Positions 60,655 to 64,000 of a stretch of DNA of 64,000 nucleotides are shown one piece after another. The notes under the pieces are model-generated. The model did not search any database. It was not told where the DNA came from and was given only the letters and a program-made list of their open reading frames with translations. Both the position numbers and the translations under genes were made by a program. This DNA is from Cenarchaeum sp. (GTDB taxonomy: Archaea; Thermoproteota; Nitrososphaeria; Nitrososphaerales; Nitrosopumilaceae), in the NCBI GenBank assembly GCA_965206845.1, contig OZ242221.1:384001-448000 (forward strand). Direction: 5' to 3'. Within the stretch, counting starts at the first letter, position 1; each line of letters begins with the position of its first letter.

Positions 60655-61554
60655 TTGCTAGCTTTGGCATTGGGATATTGCAGAGGCAAGGTCAAGAATT
60701 GGCTTTATCGGCATCCGCATTTACACGCATCTTATAGACAAAACAAGTTCCGGATGATCACCTCGCATTTGAGGGGGCTACCTGATTTTGTTATCATCGG
60801 CGCGCAAAAGTCCGGAACTACCTCGCTGTATGACTTTGTTGTCAGGCATCCAGACATCGCGCCCGCCGCTAAAAAAGAAATGCACTATTTTTCTCGGCGT
60901 TATGGGCTTGGCGAACTGTGGTATCGTTCCAATTTCCCAACCAACCTGTCAAGACGTAACTTTTACAAGAAAACTAACCAGAGACGCCTCAGCGGGGAAG
61001 CCAGCCCGACCTATATTTTCTACCCGGCTGTCCCTAGCAGGATGAAGAAGATCTTGCCTGACGTAAAGCTGATCGTGCTCTTGCGCAATCCCGTTGATCG
61101 CGCGTATTCCCAGTATCATCACACTATGAGAGCGAATAAGGAAACGTTGCCGTTTGAGAAGGCCATCGAGGCGGAAGAGGAGAGATGCACCGGAGAAAGG
61201 GAGCGGTTGGTCAAAGATCCATACTTCGTCCCTAGATCATACCAATTATATTCGTATATTGCCAGAGGCCACTACGCGGATCAGCTAGAAAATTGGTTCA
61301 GATATTACAACAGGAAGCAGTTTTTGATCTTGGCCACAGAAGACCTCCGTAAGAGCCCGCAACGGATCCTAGATCAGGTTTTTGGTTTCTTGGAAGTGCC
61401 CCCCTCCCTCCGGGTAGAAAATCTAAGGGATCGCAACGTTGGAAATTACAAGAAGATAAACGAGGGTACACGCAAACTTCTCATCGAGTACTTCAAGCCC
61501 CATAACGAGAGATTATACAAACTGCTGCAACGCAACTTTGATTGGGATAAGTAG
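60655..61554 (+). CDS. PAPS-dependent sulfotransferase (heparan-sulfate sulfotransferase-like)
   Basis: LPDFVIIGAQKSGTTSLY, KKEMHYF, GEASPTY, LRNPVDRAYSQY. Confidence 0.9.
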   Translation: MLALALGYCRGKVKNWLYRHPHLHASYRQNKFRMITSHLRGLPDFVIIGAQKSGTTSLYDFVVRHPDIAPAAKKEMHYFSRRYGLGELWYRSNFPTNLSRRNFYKKTNQRRLSGEASPTYIFYPAVPSRMKKILPDVKLIVLLRNPVDRAYSQYHHTMRANKETLPFEKAIEAEEERCTGERERLVKDPYFVPRSYQLYSYIARGHYADQLENWFRYYNRKQFLILATEDLRKSPQRILDQVFGFLEVPPSLRVENLRDRNVGNYKKINEGTRKLLIEYFKPHNERLYKLLQRNFDWDK

Positions 61555-61726
61555 GAATGGTACTGCAATGCCGGATCTGATCGTTTTATGCGCAGCCGCT
61601 ACATGCAGGCGCGATCCAGGCCCGATTATGCCCAAGTGTGAATTCAAACAGTCTAAGCCAGCGCCAAGCCACCCAACGGCGGTTAACGCCACGCGGCGCC
61701 CAACGTTAAGCTAAAAGTCGCCCGCC

Positions 61727-62114
61727 GTAACTGATCGGTCTCATGAAGCTAAATAACATGCCACGCCATGTCGGGAGTAATTTTTTGTGCCGGCGGTGAG
61801 GAATTTTACGCGCCGCGCATGTCGTGTGTTTTAGGTGCCCCGGTTACGCACGCCATGAATGGTTTGCAATGTCGCTGCATTGCACGGTCAGACGCGATGG
61901 CCGTTTGATTCTGCGCGGGCCGGGAGGGATTGTCCCGGTCTTGCCTGAAAGGTAGTCCTGTACGAACTGGTAAAAGTTCACGCCACACTGCTCGCACGTG
62001 GCGTAGACGCTCATGAGGATCTTGGTTTGCCGGGCACCGGCATCGGACCTGTTCCCGTACAGGATCTTGCGGAATTCTGCGAACCTCCTCAGCGCCCGCT
62101 CGCTTACGTTGTTG
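61727..62114 (-). mobile_element. IS66 right end with transposase C-terminus, interrupted by IS630
   Basis: GTAA terminus. Minus-strand translation NNVSERALRRFAEFRKILYGNRSDAGA...SVYATC..GVNF is a typical IS66 TnpC C-terminus. Confidence 0.8.
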
Positions 62115-62557
62115 TATAGCGCCGACTGAAAGTTCGTTCAGGGTAAATCTGCCAAATCGAAAGCAATAATGATCCCCTCCCGTACAGCCACGTCATGGAC
62201 GTTACAAAGCGGGAAGAGCTGGAAAAAGCGTACAGAAAAGAAAAGGATTCCAGAGTGATCCTCAGGATGCTTGCCGTACACATGGTCCGCGTGCGCAAAA
62301 TGCCGTACACATGGTCCGCGTGCGCAAAATGAGCGTAAGCGAGACTGCAGCCAACCTCATGCGGTCCGACAGGTGGGTGCATACTTGGCTGGAACGCTTC
62401 GATGCCGGAGGCCTTGACGGCCTCCGGGATCTTCCCAGAAGCGGTAGGCCGCCAAAGATTCCGCGCGAGATCATGGCGCGGATAATCGAACAGGCCGTCC
62501 AACCCCAGTGCACCCCCAGGGAGCTGCAGAAGATCATACGCGAGGATACCGGCACTA
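62115..62557 (+). mobile_element. IS630-family element, 5' part (ORF from 62195, frameshifted and truncated)
   Basis: tatagcgccg end; HTH region VHTWLERFDAGGLDGLRDLPRSGRPPK; 29-bp tandem duplication at 62272-62329. Confidence 0.75.
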
Positions 62558-63660
62558 GAGTGACGCTCATTGAAAATTTCGCATCACACGCAACGGTACA
62601 GGGATTTGTAGATGTCGAGCCTGATCGAACAAGTCCTGAAATACTCTGACACCGCATGCGTCAGGTCCTCCAGCGTCTCGTAGTGTTCGGAGGTGACAAG
62701 CCTGTATTTTGCATCCTTCCATACGGACTCGACTGCGCTGAGCTTCGGTGTCGCGGTAGGCAGGTACAGGATCTCCAATCCGTCGTGCTCCTCCAGATAC
62801 TTCAGCACATCCCTGTGCTTGTGCTGGCTTGCGTTGTCCGTTACGAGGAGAACCTTGCCCCACTTGCGGCGCACCTCCTTGAGGTATCGTACAAACGTCG
62901 GGCCGTCAAACTTTCCATACTGCCGCATCAGCCTGGTCCCGTCCTCGGCAAGCGCGCCGAACACGATGGTTCTGTCCCTCCTGCCATGCCTGCTGACAGT
63001 CACTGGATCCCCGACGCGCGACCACAGCTTCCTTCCGTTCGTCCCCGTTCTGAGAAATATGGACTCGTCCTGCACCACGATCGTAAATCTGCGCCTTTTT
63101 GCCCCAGATATCGTGCCTGCGGCGCCTGCCTGCCACTGCCTTACCGCATCGGAGTCGGCTGCCGAGGCGTACCCCGTGGTAGACCTCTTGGACGAGAATC
63201 CGAGGAAGCGCAGGATCCTGCGCACGCTGCACAGGCTGTACCTGGCGTTCAGTTTCCCGCGTATCCAGTTCCGAAGCTTTCTGAGGGTGAGCATGTTCTT
63301 GCCGGCAAGCCTGCCGGCCAGTTTCCTGATCCGCACGTACCTTGCACGGGAAGTCCTGTCCCTACCGGGGGCGTCCCGGAGGCCACCGATGCCGCCCTCG
63401 TCGAATCGGGCAACCCACAGTTGTACCGTCCGCTGATCCACGTCCGCAAAGTCAGAGGCGATCTTTGTCGAGTGGCCCTTAAGAACCCCCAAGACCGCCA
63501 TCATCCTATTGCGGATCCTGATATCTCTCTCTGCATGCATGGCCTCCGTCAGCTCCCGTATCGTCTTGCTGTTTTCGTCCATGGTTCGGCGATCCGACGA
63601 TCATTAAGCTTTTCTTTCACTGTCTTTCGTGAGACGAAATTTTCAATGAGCGTCACTCTA
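62556..63660 (-). mobile_element. Complete IS630-family element
   Basis: Perfect 26-bp inverted ends including the TA (tagagtgacgctcattgaaaatttcg at 62556-62581; reverse complement at 63635-63660). Confidence 0.92.
62584..63582 (-). CDS. IS630 transposase
   Basis: HTH N-terminus; DDE motifs VQDES, TDNASQH, LSAVESVW. Confidence 0.9.
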   Translation of the reverse strand: MDENSKTIRELTEAMHAERDIRIRNRMMAVLGVLKGHSTKIASDFADVDQRTVQLWVARFDEGGIGGLRDAPGRDRTSRARYVRIRKLAGRLAGKNMLTLRKLRNWIRGKLNARYSLCSVRRILRFLGFSSKRSTTGYASAADSDAVRQWQAGAAGTISGAKRRRFTIVVQDESIFLRTGTNGRKLWSRVGDPVTVSRHGRRDRTIVFGALAEDGTRLMRQYGKFDGPTFVRYLKEVRRKWGKVLLVTDNASQHKHRDVLKYLEEHDGLEILYLPTATPKLSAVESVWKDAKYRLVTSEHYETLEDLTHAVSEYFRTCSIRLDIYKSLYRCV

Positions 63661-64000
63661 GAGTCACGCTCACAAATAATTTCGCCTCCTGAAGTGCAGT
63701 TAGGCAGAAAAGCTTTTTGATCACCAGATCGACAAGCCACCCATGGACGAGACTGGCAAGAAGATCCGGGAGCTGACGGAGGCCATGCGTGCAGAGCAGG
63801 ACGCCAGGATCCGCAACAGGATGATGGCGGTGCGCGGAATACTCGCTGGATACCACACAAAGGACGCGGCGTACTTCGCAGACGTGGACCGGCGCACGGT
63901 CCAGCTGTGGGTGGCGCGGTTCGACGAGGGCGGCATCGGTGGCCTCCGGGACGCTCCCGGAAGGGGAAGGCCTCCACGCGCGGGGTACGGGCGGATCAGG
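63659..64000 (+). mobile_element. Second related IS630 element (partial; transposase from 63743)
   Basis: End tagagtcacgctcacaaataatttcg shares the TA at 63659-63660; ORF MDETGKKIRELTEAM...RTVQLWVARFDEGG is a paralogue of 62584..63582. Confidence 0.85.

Noticed and set aside
60471-61920. Direct repeats around the sulfotransferase as integron attC sites or a CRISPR
   Set aside because: The second copy runs into an IS66 transposase C-terminus and starts with GTAA, so both are IS66 ends. There is no repeat-spacer periodicity.

Overview
High-GC (roughly 58-60% by eye) ammonia-oxidising archaeal DNA, Nitrosopumilaceae/Cenarchaeum-like. The evidence is an archaeal nirK, thaumarchaeal FtsZ, split MetH and the exosome operon. 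The many IS elements and sulfotransferases would fit a host-associated lineage, but that is inference. Most of the window is core genes: two aconitase-family dehydratase pairs, ribosomal/RNAP/exosome genes, NAD synthesis, nurA-herA-mre11-rad50, serA, nirK, fumC-like lyase, mtaB, ftsZ, metF/metH and a sulfonate/nitrate-type ABC transporter. Two accessory zones stand out. (1) At 24.3-31.7 kb, a 1,918-bp element has perfect 23-bp terminal inverted repeats and an 8-bp target-site duplication, yet encodes only a 568-aa TnpB with intact RuvC motifs and no transposase. It lies between two divergent PIN-nuclease/regulator modules. One regulator is a stand-alone CARF-wHTH protein whose palindromic operator recurs (23/26 nt) between nadX and the nurA-herA-mre11-rad50 repair operon. 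(2) At 57.6-64 kb, two low-GC sulfotransferase paralogues sit in a nest of IS110, IS481, IS66 and IS630 pieces. No CRISPR array, rRNA or tRNA was recognised. All calls were made by eye, without database searches.
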